64,000 nt of DNA from Camelus ferus (lineage: Eukaryota). The DNA is taken from contig NC_045697.1 of NCBI RefSeq assembly GCF_009834535.1, positions 59,770,001 to 59,834,000 on the forward strand. The letters run 5' to 3'. The notes below the pieces were generated by a model. The model saw only the letters and a program-made list of their open reading frames with translations, was not told the origin of the DNA and did no database searches. Made by a program: the position numbers and the translations under genes. Below, piece by piece: positions 37,311-51,259 of this stretch. Position 1 is the stretch's first letter. Every line of letters starts with the position of its first letter.

Positions 37311-38612
37311 GCTAATTTCATTTTCATTTTTACCATACTACTTAAGTCAGTATGTAAGCAGAAAAAATTTAAGTTTGGTTATTACTTATTGCCATATTTT
37401 TTCAAATGGTTTTAAAATTGATGAAACAGTAGCTTTTCCCCTTTTAAATGCATAGTCATATATGTTCTAGTTGTTTTAATTTAAAATGTATTCTTTGATA
37501 TGTATTAATAGCATTAATTACTTACTTAATGGACACAATCAAGGTTAGCAGCATAGTAACATTTTTAAATCTATTTGGAAATGTTTGATGATAGGTATGG
37601 TTAAAGTTTGTGGCATTGTAACTCACAGAATCTTAGACTTAAAGTTGTTAAATGTCCTGTGTTACCTTTTTGTGAGGGGGAGGTGAGGAGACTAATATTG
37701 GAGAGAGGAATGGTAAGAATTAAGTGTTTCAAAAGAAATGTAATAATACTATGCAAAGTCTGACTCCATTTCCAGAATACTTTCCAAAGAAGAAGTGATT
37801 GTTTCTGTCAGAGGATTTGTCAACACACAGCTCATAGGAAACTGTTGGCTGTTACAGGGAGAATGAGTCCTCCATAGACATACACAACAAAAGCGCTGCA
37901 GTGCCAGAGATAGGCTTTTTGGTTTTTGTTTATTTTGTTCATTTGTTTTGTTTTGCTTTTTGTGTTTTAAATAGAATGCGATGGTTCGCCAAATCAGTAG
38001 GCAAAGATCAGAAACAATCTGTGGACAGCAATAAAGGCCATAAGATAAGTAAACTTCCTGGAGTACGGCTGAATCACAATATAGTGGGGTGCACATAAGT
38101 GGGGACAATCTGGGATAGTGCTGTTATAATCAGTAGATGAACCTGACTCTATTATTTCCACAGATTTAAGAAGTTATGATTTTGGTTAGTTAATTATTTT
38201 TAATGTGTTATATTGGTTTAGAGTATATTTGATAATTGTAAAACCCACTGGAGAGTTTCAGACAACCACACGTTTTTATCTTATCCATGAAGTTTAATAG
38301 TTATCACCATTTTCTTAGTGAAAGGTTAACAGAAAGCATGTTAAGATTCACTGAAAATAATTTTTCATTTCTGGCATTTATCTCTACGGCATATACCTCT
38401 GTGAAGTTCATAAAGGTATGCCACTATATTTGTTAAAGTTTGTCTTCTCGATGCCTAGCATAGGACTTGATTTCTGAGACACATCTGATATAATGAATTC
38501 ATGAATGATGAATAAATTACCTGGACCAGGTTTGATCTTTCCTAATTAAATCTTACTTTAAAGAAACCTTTAATGTATTGTTAAGTATAGACAACATATT
38601 GGTAAACTCCAT

Positions 38613-38792
38613 TAGTGTTGCTACATTTAGAAATAAGAATACAGGATATACAATTAAATCTGAATTTTAGATAAAAATCAAAACTTTTAGTGTATGTCCC
38701 AAATATTGTATGGAACATATTATACTTGAAAAATGTTATTTATCTAAACTTCAAATTTAACTGGACATCCTGTATTTTATCTGGCAATCATA
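38613..38792. mobile_element. MER53-like palindromic hAT MITE
   Basis: Self-complementary arms 'gttgc...aatacagga...ttaaatctgaatt..agataa' and 'ttatct..acttcaaatttaactggacatcctgtattttatctggcaa' around the centre 'atgtcccaaatattgtatggaacat'. Confidence 0.8.
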
Positions 38793-39329
38793 AACTTTAT
38801 TATTAGATTAAGAATTCTGTTTGTAGTATGAAGATCAGGTTAGTAGAATCCTTTATGGAATGCTGCCTTTGAAAAGATCTATTTCTGTCAGTGTTTATTC
38901 TCTGTTAGTCCATCACTGAGACATTGAGATACTTCCATGAATACTTCTAGGCCGCAAATGTTCTTTTGTATTATTATGAATACTTGCCTTTCCTATCTCT
39001 CAGTTTTCTGGTGCATGATATGCTTTTAATTCCCATCCCATTTTGTAACAGAATAATTCATTTTGTAACAAGAAAGGATACCAGGGATCAAGTTAAGTAC
39101 ACTTATTTCCCAAATGAGAACACTCAATGTCAAAGACAGAAAGGGATTCACAGTAGTTTTTAGGTCTATAAAAGAGGCATTTCTGCTCCAGTCAATGGAC
39201 TGTCCAACTCCCTCCAAATAGCAGTTGACTGGAGAATCAAAAACAATTAGGCTGAAATTAAAAAAAAAAGTTTTAATTAGTCCAATAAGATTAGCAAATT
39301 TAAGGGGGAAAAAGGAAAAAAATGATTTG

Positions 39330-39490
39330 GCCAATACTATGTTCCAGACTGTGGTTTTCCTCATTTAATCCTCTCAAAAATCCTGTGAAGTAATTATTAT
39401 CTCTAGTTTGTAAGTTTCTCAAGAGGTTGAGAAAGTGTCATTTGGAGGTTTGAGAAACTGTCCCCAAAATACATTATTCAAGTCCAGTTC
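39330..39490 (-). mobile_element. MIR fragment
   Basis: 'ctcatttaatcctctcaaaaatcctgtgaagtaattattatc'. Confidence 0.6.
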
Positions 39491-42389
39491 TGTCTCTTCT
39501 CCAAAACTGTCCTTTCCTCTCCTCAGAATTTGGCATTCTAACACATCATCAGCTAAGAAAGTATCAGGTTGTATGGAGCTATACACTGAACTGAAATTAC
39601 AGGTATTTGTCCAAATAGTTTCAGATGAAGAAAATATATAGAATTTGGCAGGGAGGACACCAGGAGACATTACTGCATCGAGTAGAACTCATACTTTCTG
39701 CAAAAGAGCAGACACTTTCCTGAGTGTTACATGCCTCCACTGCCGCTCTTAGTTTTGTAAGCAGCTTTCCACAGCTATTAACTTTTTCTTTTCATGGGTC
39801 CGAAGGATTGTTCTACATACTACATTTTTAAGACACCATTTGACTTTAAAAAGTCACCACCATTCATTTTTATGTCTTTCCTTTTAAGTTCATTGGCTAT
39901 GTAAAGAGCAAATAAGGTCATGCCACTTTTCTCCTTTAAATCTTTTACTATATTTTAAGTTTTGGTGTGAAAGTCACTTCTTGAGAGTCAATGCTAACCA
40001 CCTCCCACAGCCCAGACTTGATGCCTCTACACTTACTCTCATTTGTAAGGCAGCTATGCCAGTTGCTACACTTATCAAACTTGTCTGCCTCCCACCCTAA
40101 GCTCTTTGGGGGCCAAAACTTTGTCATATTCTTCATCGTGTTTTTAGTATCCTGAACAATCCTAGTGACTAGTTAGTGCTCAAACTAGTTGTTTAATGAA
40201 TATTGAGGGTGCAAGTTAAGTAAGTTTATATACATTGACAAGCCTAAAGTTTTTAACTTCTCTTGGGTTTTTCAACTAACAGAGGACAGTACTGTTCAGA
40301 ATCAGTTTTTAATTCCAGGCTGGACTTCAGGTATTTTTTTTCCTATTTTTTTTGCTAAAATGGCTTCACCCTTGATATATATTCTCTCATTTTCATCTTA
40401 TGGTTGTTATACATACCTGAGTAGAACAAAGAGCTATTAATGAGGTATCATAGGGATTAAAGCTTAAAATACAAATTATTTTACATTTCCTAGGAGTCTT
40501 TAGGCAGGCTATCCTAATACCCAACAAAATCATCTTGGATCATTTCATTACATAGTCACATTAATTATCAATTTGAGATTTGTTTTAGATGCTTTTACTA
40601 TTCAGAAATAATCATTAGAATGAGAGCTTTTTTTTTTTAATGCTAAAAATGACACAGAGTATATTGCACATATAAAACTAGGTGGAAAATTTTAATAGAA
40701 ATTTTAACTGTTCTCTTTATTTTGTGTCCCTATGCGAAATACCTGATGAATTTGAAGTTAGCGTCTTCTTTATAGGCAAGATATAGGCAACTAAGATTGA
40801 ACCCTGATGTTACAGTTAATGGCATTTATCTCTGTTTATGGTGAAGCTTTTCACATACTCTGATAATTTAAAGCAATGCTACTGAAGGTAATATGTTAAA
40901 CTATATATGGCACTTTTAGGAATTGCAATGCACATCACAGAATAGTGCATCTCAAAAACACAATGTAGCTATTTACAATCAGAGCCTAATGTGGAATGTG
41001 ATGGCCCATAAAATATAAATACAAATCTTGGTGGATAAATGTGCAATCTCTTCAGTACTAAATTTCCACTCTGAAAAATTAGTGGCTGTTCAGAAAACTG
41101 GTTCTCTTCCAGGAGTGGGAGTTTTCAATTATTAGGGGATAGATCAAATCCTGTGATAATTTAGCATCAGCACATTTCTGATTGAAGGGTCTCTCCCATA
41201 AAGCATCTGACAAGGTCAGGAGGTTTCGTTCTGCGCTGTTTACTCACAATTGATTTCTTCCCTCATTTCACATTTTCAAGCAATTAATATTTTTCCTGTA
41301 CTAAATGTATTCTACTCCCTCTTGTTCCCCTATCAAATTCTCTATTTCATGAGTGAAAAAGAGAGGGCAGAAAAAAGGAAAATAAAGGAGAAAATGCAGG
41401 ATAAAAAGAAAAAAGTTAAAGTGGAAAAAACCGTGAAGCTCCTGTTTAAGGAAAATACTTTTGTTTTATATATCTAAATTACTAAACGCTATGTTGTTTT
41501 AAATTACTTAAACCACTTATTCAGTTCTCCTCATTATTCAGGTATATATTCTCATCTTTTAATTACCTAATGACCTTCTGAGTTATAACTTTGAAGCAAC
41601 CTTGAATCTTGTCTTTGTACTTTATTACTTTAAAAATCCTTTAAAGATCAGGCACCCTTAGACTCCAAGAAGCATTAACATCTGAAGGTGAAAGATCTAG
41701 AGGATGAAACATATAAAAAAAAATTCAAGGACATGTAATTATTTAAGTAATTAATAGGGGATTGGTGGTTTTCATTATGTCTGTTCTGTGACTAGACAGA
41801 GAGATCTAGAGAAAGTGAGGGGGAAATTGAGAGAAGTGTCTTTAACTGAACCCATCGATAAAAGCATATAGAAATTTTGACTAGAAAGGATCTTACGTGT
41901 AGTCTGCTTATCCATATTTCAGTCTGAGACACTGATTTTTCCCGTATGATGAGAAATTTCAGGATATCAAATCTTTTGTAAATGACACAAAGTAAAGAGA
42001 TTATTTTGTCCCGATATTTTCCCTATATTAAGAGAGAGTGTTAGAAATACAGCCAATATATGACAGTCTCTGTTCATTCTGATGTTCTTGTATGAAAAGC
42101 CTGTGATAAAATGGTGACAGAGCAGAGTATGGAAAGGTTTTTCATAAATGTTTTATGCTGTGAAATTGACTTACATGACTAAAAACAAAACTAAGTACTT
42201 ATAATTTTCTTCTTGAATTAGTTTTATTCCAAACCTTCAATGCTGTTATTTAATACATTCAATCTTCTATCAAAATTTAACTAAGTATAAAAATATTTAA
42301 AAATTACATTTTATTCAGGATGGTGACCCACTTGAGTAGCCAGTTATTTTTGTTTTGGAACAAACTGCATAAAAAAAAAAAAAACTTAT

Positions 42390-42540
42390 GGCAGCCCCTT
42401 TTGCCATGTGAGGACACAAGGAAAGGAGGAAAGGTCTGCAATCTGGAAGAGACCCTCACCCAACCATGCAGGCACTCTGACTTCAGACTTCTAGCCTCTA
42501 AAACTGTGAGAAATAAATTTCTGGGTTTTTTAAAATAAGC
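42390..42540 (+). mobile_element. MaLR LTR 3' part (MLT1A-like), truncated at both ends
   Basis: 'gccatgtgaggacaca...ccctcacc...ggcactctga...gacttctagcctctaaaactgtgagaaataaatttctg'. Confidence 0.8.
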
Positions 42541-43130
42541 TTAAATAAGTAAATAAATAAACAAAAGCAGATTATTTTGGACACTTTAATATAATAGACT
42601 TGGCTCACTTTCGTCTTCTTCAGCACTTAGAGGTGATTGGTCTTGTCCCTAGATGAATTGGAGGAAATTTATATATTAAGGAAAAGTGTTTGAGCACTTG
42701 CTTTAATGTTTCCTTATACTTGCCTTGTACTTAGGTGTCAATGTGTCAAGTGAACCTTGACTTAATTTTCTCTACCATTTTCATGGAATTCTTGGTTGTT
42801 TATCATCTAACATGGTAGATTATTGAGAGCCATGATAACAATTCTTTATGTTTTTACAGGGGTCAGGATAGAAAACCTCTCCGTCTCATTGAAATCCATA
42901 GCAGTTAGTTAAATCCTCTGCTCTCACATTCCCAAATTCACCCAGACCAGACACTTCCTTTCTATTCTGAGAATAACTGTTCTTTTCACTGACTTAAATG
43001 CTCACTGTTGCTTATAAAATGTCTATTTCTTATCATGAAAGTAGAGTTGAAAAACATTGATTGGTATATAATCAACATTGGGATAAATAATAAAGTAAAC
43101 CAGCAAAAGAAAGCCACACACTACAACATG

Positions 43131-43151
43131 CACACACACACGCACACACAC
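43131..43151. repeat. Interrupted (CA)n microsatellite
   Basis: cacacacacacgcacacacac. Confidence 0.8.
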
Positions 43152-45748
43152 CAGTGTTCTCCTTTAACCTAACACCTTAAGGGCTTATGTGCTTTGGAAG
43201 TCCCACTATCCTGTAAAGTTCCTGCAAAGTCAGTAGGATCGCCTTTCTTGAATTCACACTTCCAGTTCTAAGACAAATGAAAAAAAGCCCACGTTTCTCC
43301 TAGATGTTTTCCTAGTACATGCAGCTTTAATTGCTTCAATACAGTCTTTTGCTTAAAATAGCCTACCATTTCTTTTTCTTAGGTCATACCCAGTAAAAGA
43401 GAGAATACAAAGCATTTCTAAAGAAGACAGTGGGTGTTTCAGAAAAGAGGTAAGCAACTACACAGAAAGTGGAAAACAGTTAGGCAAGCAAATGATTGGA
43501 TCAATGCCTGGGAGTGTGAGTGCCCTGCTGGAGGTTAATATGAATGAGATGCTATGCTTCATTGACTAAGTTTACCTAATTCTTTTATACATCAATATTG
43601 CTTTTTACGATGCAGTTGCCTAACTTTGTTGCAAGTTGCTACCTAATCTATAATGCTATTATTACTCCAACAGTGATGGGAAAGCAGCAGGTGAATGCTC
43701 TGATTAAACCTTAATTATTATACCGCCTTTGCTGTATGTACAGTGAGAATGTATGATCTCTACCAACCCTATTACTCTCAGCATCTTACTTCAAAGCAGC
43801 AGCTAAAGACAACACCTCAGTTTAAAAGCAAATCTGCTATGTTAGTTTACATAATGAACTGCAAAATCAGAGCAGTTTGTTTATCCCCTCGTACCTTACG
43901 ATCAAGAGAAGCCCTTAGTTAACCACTAATATATTACACGGTGTCATGGAAAGTAGAAGCTTCATAAATGAAAAACGTTTTGGTTTGTTTATTATAAGAT
44001 ATAGCTAAAAGCTTGATTTTGTATTCTGTCAGTTTCTATAGTTAAAAGCTGCATTAACATGGCTGAAATACTTTGAAGTATGTAGAGATGAAACAAATCA
44101 GCAGGCATTTAAACTGAGGGCCGTGAGGTGGAAAAATCACCACTTTCCCTTCGGGTAGATGCCTAAAGATATATCTTTGTTAATGAGGTTTCATGCTGTC
44201 CTACTGGGTCCTTAATCATTTAAAATGCAAATCCTGAAGAATGAAGTAAGACTATCATATATGTAAGAAGGTGGCTCATTTTTTAATAAATGTTTATACC
44301 ATCTGCTTCCCTCATCATTCTACTGACTGTGACATTCCATCTATGCAATTATATGAATTTGTAAACTATAAACAACACACCTCAGAAGTCAACAAATGGA
44401 ATATTATTTTTCTTGGATTCCCTGCCTCCTCCCCTCAGTTTAGAGTTTGTTAATATGGTCAGGCTCATAGGAAGGCAAAAATTACCTTTTATGAACAACA
44501 GACATTCTGCTATTTATGATTCTTATATTATTGTTTTTTATTCAGTGATTTATGAATCAATAAGAAGGACTTTTTAAAAGAATTATTTCAAAGTGACCTA
44601 CTTTAGATATCTTGAATACTCAGAGATCCTAGCCGTGCCTGCAAAATTTTTCAGGTAATTCTGTGTGAAATCAGGAATGCAGGAAGAGAACTTTGTGTTT
44701 TCAGAGGGGGATTTTTATCTCAAGGAGAACTCGGGGTTGACTTTCACTCCACTTTCAATATCACCTGCCTCTAATGTACTTGATGGGTTTCTTTTTATTT
44801 CTTGTTTTCTTTTGTTTTTTAATTCCACTTCTGACCCAATCCACACTTCAGCCTCCTTCTCTCTTGTTACGTTGCTCTTAACAGTTACTTTGGGGTCTGT
44901 TTTGAGTCACCCCTTATTTCCCTTTTTCCTTCACCTTGAACCCTGGAATTACCATCGTTTTCATCCCCATTTTGTCCCTAGCAAGGGTTGAGAAGGCTGT
45001 CTTTACTTCCATCGGCAAATCTCTTTAATTCCTCTCCATAACACTAACACACATTCAATTTTAAAGCAAAGCTATATGAAGCAAAGAAATAAACTAAGCA
45101 ATAAGAAAATTCCTTGAGTTAGGAAGGAAATAAACACTGAGTCTTTGCAAGATGATAACCCTGGATGCTTTAGCTTTGTTATCTGGCCACTAAGTCCAAA
45201 TTCTCTGTCCTCCTTAGAGACCTGGTTTCTTAGGAATTGTTCGTTTGGTCTTGGAATCCTAATGGCTCACTTGCGCTTGAATTATCATGTGTCTTTAATA
45301 TATATTTATAAAGTAATTGAATTTGCATTTAAAATTTTATTATGCTTTGTCCCATCATAAAACAGTGAGTTTTTTTAATCTATCATAAATTAATGTATTA
45401 ATAAACTCCCCAAGAGATTATGTATTTTTGAACTGCTCAGACAAAATCAAAGAGGGAGTGGTGAAAATTAAAGCTGGGCAATGTAGGGTAAGACTGAATT
45501 CATTTCATGAAAGGTCTTGTATTTCAGGATGACTTTGGAGTATATTTTGATGAAAATGGACACTTATTATAAGATTTGATATAAGGAAATGTCTATCACG
45601 TGTACAGTTTTGAATAATCACTTATGGCAGTGGCTGGGCAAAAGGCAGGTTAAGACGGTATTTGGTTCATACTGGTAAGAATAATGACCACCTGTATGTG
45701 GCCATATGTGTTGGTGAGGGGGAAAATATCTTAAGAAAGCAGTTGAAG

Positions 45749-45897
45749 TGGGGAGGGTATAGCTTAGTGGTAGAGAGCATGTCTAGCTTGCACAAGGTCC
45801 TGGGTTCAATCCCCAGTACCTCCATTAAAAGATAAATAAAAGCCTAATTCTCCTCCACAAAAATTTTTTAAATTAAAAATTTTTTTCAGTTTTTAAA
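45749..45897 (+). mobile_element. Full-length tRNA-derived SINE (camelid Vic-1 type) with 13-bp TSD
   Basis: GGGGAGGGTATAGCTTAGTGGTAGAG (A box) and GGGTTCAATCCCC (B box), AT-rich tail; AAAGCAGTTGAAG at 45736-45748 and 45898-45910. Confidence 0.92.
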
Positions 45898-46879
45898 AAA
45901 GCAGTTGAAGAGAGAAGAGTTTGATTTAAAATTGTCAGAATGTAAGTGACAAGACTATGCCTACCTTTTCAAATTTAAAAAGCAGTCCAAAATGTCCCAT
46001 GTACAATGCAGTCCTGCACATCATGTTCAGCTCCAAAGCCTCAGCCTAATACCTAAATAAGTAGTCAAACAAGGCAACCTGTGGTGTTTGATTTTCCCTG
46101 GTATTTAAATCACCTTATATTTGGGTTCAGTATTTCTCTATCCAAACTGGCTTTCAGCATTCTGGGTGAATGACAATAAAATAAATCTGATTCCCTCCCA
46201 AAGTTACATTTACGTTATTTCCAATTTCCATGTCATGCAATATAATTTTAAAAACACTTAAAATTATATATGTAGATTATTATATTCAGTTTAATATTAT
46301 TATTCAAAATCTAATGTTTCAAGTAATTTGTACAAACTAAAAGCTGTGTGTATGTATGTATGTGTGTACTTGGGGTCCATTTTACTTTTTATCAGCGTTC
46401 CTGAATTAAAATAGGAAGGCCTGCTTTTTATTTATTAATTTTTGTTTTCACAGAAATTTGTCTTAAAAACTGTGATAAATCCATTATAAATATGAAAAAT
46501 AGTAACCTATTTTAAGTATTAAGAAAAGTGAATTAGCACAAGTGTATAATTGTGTAGTTTGTAAAGTGGTATTTTTAAAGCTGGTTGTGCATTGATTTTT
46601 TTTTTCATTTAATCCCCAATACAGTTTTCTCCATGAATCTGAAAACTTTAAACTCTGATTTATAATGAAAGTTCAGAATTCTACAAAGTGATTATGTAAA
46701 ATAATAAGAAAAAGCCTATGAATGAATTATGTCTTAGTTAGATAATTGCAAAACTGATTCAAGCTACTCTCTGGAGGATATCAGAGGAAGAAAAGGTAGA
46801 AAAAAGACTAAATATGCAGTTGTTTTTGTGTTTTTAATGAATAGGACATAATTTCTGCTTCAAGAATGATTCAGGAATG

Positions 46880-47550
46880 TATGTATTCAATCAATAATAA
46901 CTTTGTGTCTACTCAGCATATGTCATTATGCTAACTAGCACTATGAGGCATAAACATAGACACCATCTCTCCTCCATCAGCTTGTAGCATAGTAGGGGAC
47001 ACAAAATAATTATTAAACAAGAGAGATTGTCACATGCCATAAAAGACTGAAATATGTCTTTAAAACTTCAGAGGAAAAATAAGTCACTCCTGGTGAATGA
47101 TGGGGAAAGAAATTTAAAGAAGTTAACATTTTTGCTGATTTGTGAAGGATGAACAAAAGTCAACAGTGGGAGATGGGGAAGAAAAGACACTGTATATGAA
47201 ATGAACAGCATGAAAAAATGTGTCAGTGGAAGAATATGGGGAAAAATTGGAAATGACATGGTGGCACGTGAACTTTACAAAAGCTATACAGTGACTAGGG
47301 CAATGGGAAGGAGGTACAGTTGTGGTGATAAGGGTCACCCTGAGTGATAAGCTCAAGAATTTGAACTAAAGTTTTTAGTAAAGAATTGGACTAAAATGGA
47401 GGGACGGATGGGAAGCATTGAAAATAATGAAAAGATGAGCATGGAAGTGAAAGAATTAGAATCATATTTTAGGGTGAATTTGTGGGCTTAAGTAGAGAAG
47501 TTAGAGAAGTTGAAAAACAAGTAAAAAATGTAGTGTTATCTATGAAATGA
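46880..47550 (-). mobile_element. L2 fragment (degenerate)
   Basis: 'attcaatcaataataactttgtgtctact...cagcttgtagcatagtagggg...tgaaggatga...gaacagcatg...aagaatttgaact'. Confidence 0.55.
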
Positions 47551-48276
47551 GAAATACTGAGGATATAAACAGTGTTAGTGATAAACTTTAATAGGAAAAT
47601 TACACGTTTAGGAGGAATTACTTCAGTATAGAGGGCCTATAATGAAGGAGGTTTTGCTTTAATACTCTTTTGCGAAGAATGGAATAGAAGTGAGAACAGC
47701 AAATCTATTGGCGACCCGTATATTGTTATGCCCTGGGAGTTGCTAATTTGTATAAAGTTTTGCCACTGAATTCTCTATGCAAACAGGCATATATGAAATG
47801 TACATCCTATTAAAGTGCCATGTATTCTGACTGGAAAAGTTAAGCAAGTTTGGGGAAGATGCAACATTCATTCAGTACTTTCAAATCATCCACCTTATTT
47901 ACTTTTCATATGAAATTTGAGGTGTATTACTTAAATATCAAAATCACCAAATTTGACAATCCCTGTTTCATATTTATCTAAAGGATTGCAGATATTGTAT
48001 TTAAATGATCAAAACCTGATATACTTTCTGAGCCCCATAATGTTATCAAGGAATGGCCAAATTAAAGTTTCTAAAACAGAAATTACATGATACTATGTGT
48101 CATCCATATCTGTCACCTCATTTTACTTTCTTTGGACCCCATATATCAGTGATAAAAAGAAAAGTACCCAAATTTTCAAAAAAACTGTTCATCTTTTTAG
48201 TATCATATGTAGGAACCCCCCGGGATATTTATTTTGTATTACTACATGTAAAATTAAGTTCTATCTCTACACATAT

Positions 48277-48324
<48 letters not shown>
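48277..48324. repeat. (ATAG)12 perfect tetranucleotide STR
   Basis: 12 uninterrupted ATAG units. Confidence 0.95.
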
Positions 48325-48327
<3 letters not shown>

Positions 48328-48689
48328 TAAATATCTGTATATATCTCCTCATGTAAAAATATTATGAGATTTTGAAATGCTTAAAACCCACATTTTCTAA
48401 ATTTCCTTATAGCTAGGATTCTAGATATGAATTACATGTGTGCCCGTAAAAATTGGAGGTCAGAGTCAGGGAAGGCCCTCTTACAACTCTGGCTACCCTT
48501 ATTATTTTGGAAATTCATGGTCCTCTTGCACTGGGGCCCAGTGCTCCTTGTTCAGCTTTCTGAAAGAAGCAGTAACCACTTCATTTTACTGCTTACTCCA
48601 TGGATTACAGCTTTGTGTGTCATTTCAGTTTTTTGCTGTTAAGGCTTCTCTGGAAAGAGACAAGGCATTACAGCCCGCCTTAGAACAGC

Positions 48690-48863
48690 CTAGCTTCAAA
48701 AGTAGGCTGGTTTTAGATTCTCCTTGGAATCACTCTGGAGTCAGCCTTGAACTGGCTCCTTTAGCCTTTTCAACAATTTTGTAAGCACCTAATTTTAATA
48801 CTGAATTCTTTTTTCCTTAGAGTGAGTGGTTTCTGTTTTCTGCCTTGGATACTAAATGATGCA
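48690..48863 (+). mobile_element. ERVL-class LTR 3' end
   Basis: 'aattttgtaagcacctaatt...agagtgagtggtttctgttttctgcc...tgatgca', similar to ERVL LTR U5 ends. Confidence 0.45.
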
Positions 48864-51259
48864 GCCTGTGTTGTATTGAAATTACATGATTATCTCCAGC
48901 TTTATCTCTTGATATTTTCTGAACTCATATGAGAACAAACTTCTTCAAGTAAGCCCTATTCACTCAAATTAAGTGACTATGAAAGTGGGGAAAAGTGCTT
49001 TGTAGGAGTACTTTGTCTGAAGCAAGCTATTAAGCTGAAAAATGTATGGTTAACTCTATTGGACATGCATTTTTGTGAGGATGGCTATCCTTGCTTTTAG
49101 ACTTCGAGTTTGCTGTATTTTTTTCTATGCCCTGTGTTCCTCCGTTAAGCATTCCTCCTTCATCCCTTCTGTCCTTGTCTTTGTTTATTACTCTGTTTTC
49201 TCATATTTCTATTATTTTCCAGTCACTCTTTCCATCTCTGTCACAATTCTCCCTCACAACAGTCCAATCAGTAATTTTTATTGAGCACTAAGATAACAGG
49301 TTCTTCTGGTTCAAGGCCTGAAAGAGCTGTCAAAATGACAGATATTCTTTAAATGGATCCTCAAATTTTACTGATTTGTAGGGTGCCAGAATCACTGCTT
49401 TCTCTGAAGTTTCCTTTCCTCTAATAGAATAAAATTCTGAGATTATGTTTGCTGTTTGTCTGGTGTGTAAAAAAGAAGTTGATATGTACACAAACAAAAA
49501 TGTCAATAATGGCTGCTTTAAAGAATATGGAGAGAAATAATATAGAAGCATCTATCTAGGCAAAACTGAACTTTAGAAGCCTCTTGAAAGATTTAAGATG
49601 TCTATTAAAATGGTCTTGCTGAGGAATTCACTGATTAGATTCACGAGAGGGGCCAGGAGATATTGGCCATTTTCTCGTATGGCTGCATAAGGCCTGTTGT
49701 GATTCAAAGGAAAGGGATAATTAAGTCAATGGGGAAACCTAACAACACATACTTGTCAAATAAAAGCAAGTGCCTTGAAGTTTCATGACATACTTTCTAG
49801 ATGTACACTCAGTTCACAGAGTTAGAAAACTTGTCAACTCAAGGCTTACAGAGAAAAATCTTCCTTATAAATGTTGACAGGATAGTGAGACAAAACTCAC
49901 AGTCTTACCTTGCTATAGTTTGCATGAAATATTTTTATTTTCATTACTAGAATTGTGCATATCACAATTATGATATTAAACTGACATGAGAAAGAGTGTA
50001 TATGATGTACGTCTTAATGATAAGCATCCTTATGAAGCAGCTTTTTGTATTCTACTTGTGCAAACTGGCTTTTCTTACCAATGTGATTTGAGATATATTC
50101 ATGATAATTTTACTTCTCAATACCTATTTAATCCATGAGTTAATAATTACCCTAATTGTTAATTATAGACTATGTGATTTCCAATTAGGGGCAATTATTC
50201 TATGCATGGAATATTTTTAATTAAAAATGATACAAAAATTGGGAGAAAAATACTGTATCATATATCTCTGGATGGACCAACATCTGGCAAACACATTATG
50301 GTAATACTCGTTTAGTTCTGGACATCACATGCAGGTTCAAACCTTCAGCATCAATTCTCTGGAGCAAAAATACAGAATACAAAGAAGTTAATGGGATTAT
50401 TGCATCTAACTGAACATTTTCCTTTCTTTTCATTCCTTTCTCTTGTTACACATAATGAAACGCTGGTGCTCACCACAGTCCTTAAAGCTACGTACAGTCC
50501 CTAGAGGTAGTTCAGCCATTTGCCCATAGGAAGCCTCTGCACCTCCAGCCAGAAATCATCACGCTAATGATGACACTAAGCACTAATTAAACTAGTCCAT
50601 AGTTTTATTTCCCTTCTTCTTTCAGCTGTTTTTGTAAAGTCTCCTGATGAACAGAATTTCTTAAAATCAAGAGTTTTAAAATATAGTATTGGCAAACAAT
50701 AAGTTGTGCCTATTTAGTTATAAAATTAAACACTTTACATATGTATACATGGAGAAACCATCAACAAAATTAAGATAATTAACATATTTATCATTATAAA
50801 TTTTCTTCTTGCCCTGCAAGAAACCACTGATCTAATTTCTCACTAAAGACTAGGTTTCATTTTGTAGAAATGTATATAAAGAGATAGAGTATATGTGATT
50901 TTTTTTTGGTTTGGTTTATTAATTCAACATAATTATTTAGAGAATCATTCATATTGTAGCATGTTTCAAGAACTCATTCATTTTAGTTTTTGAGTATCTT
51001 TCCATTGCATGGGTATACCAGTTTGTTTTTTCATTCACCTGTTATTGGATATTCTTGTTGCTTCCACTTTGAGTTAATATAAACAGTCCTTTAGCATTTG
51101 ATGTGATCAGTATTTTTAACTTTTAGCCATCCTACTGTGTGCATGGTAGTATGTCATTATGGCTTTAATTTTAGTTTCCTAATAACTAATGAATGGTGAT
51201 GAGCATCTTCAGTATGTATCTTCTTTGGTTAAGTACCTTTTCAAATTTGTGTCCTTTTA

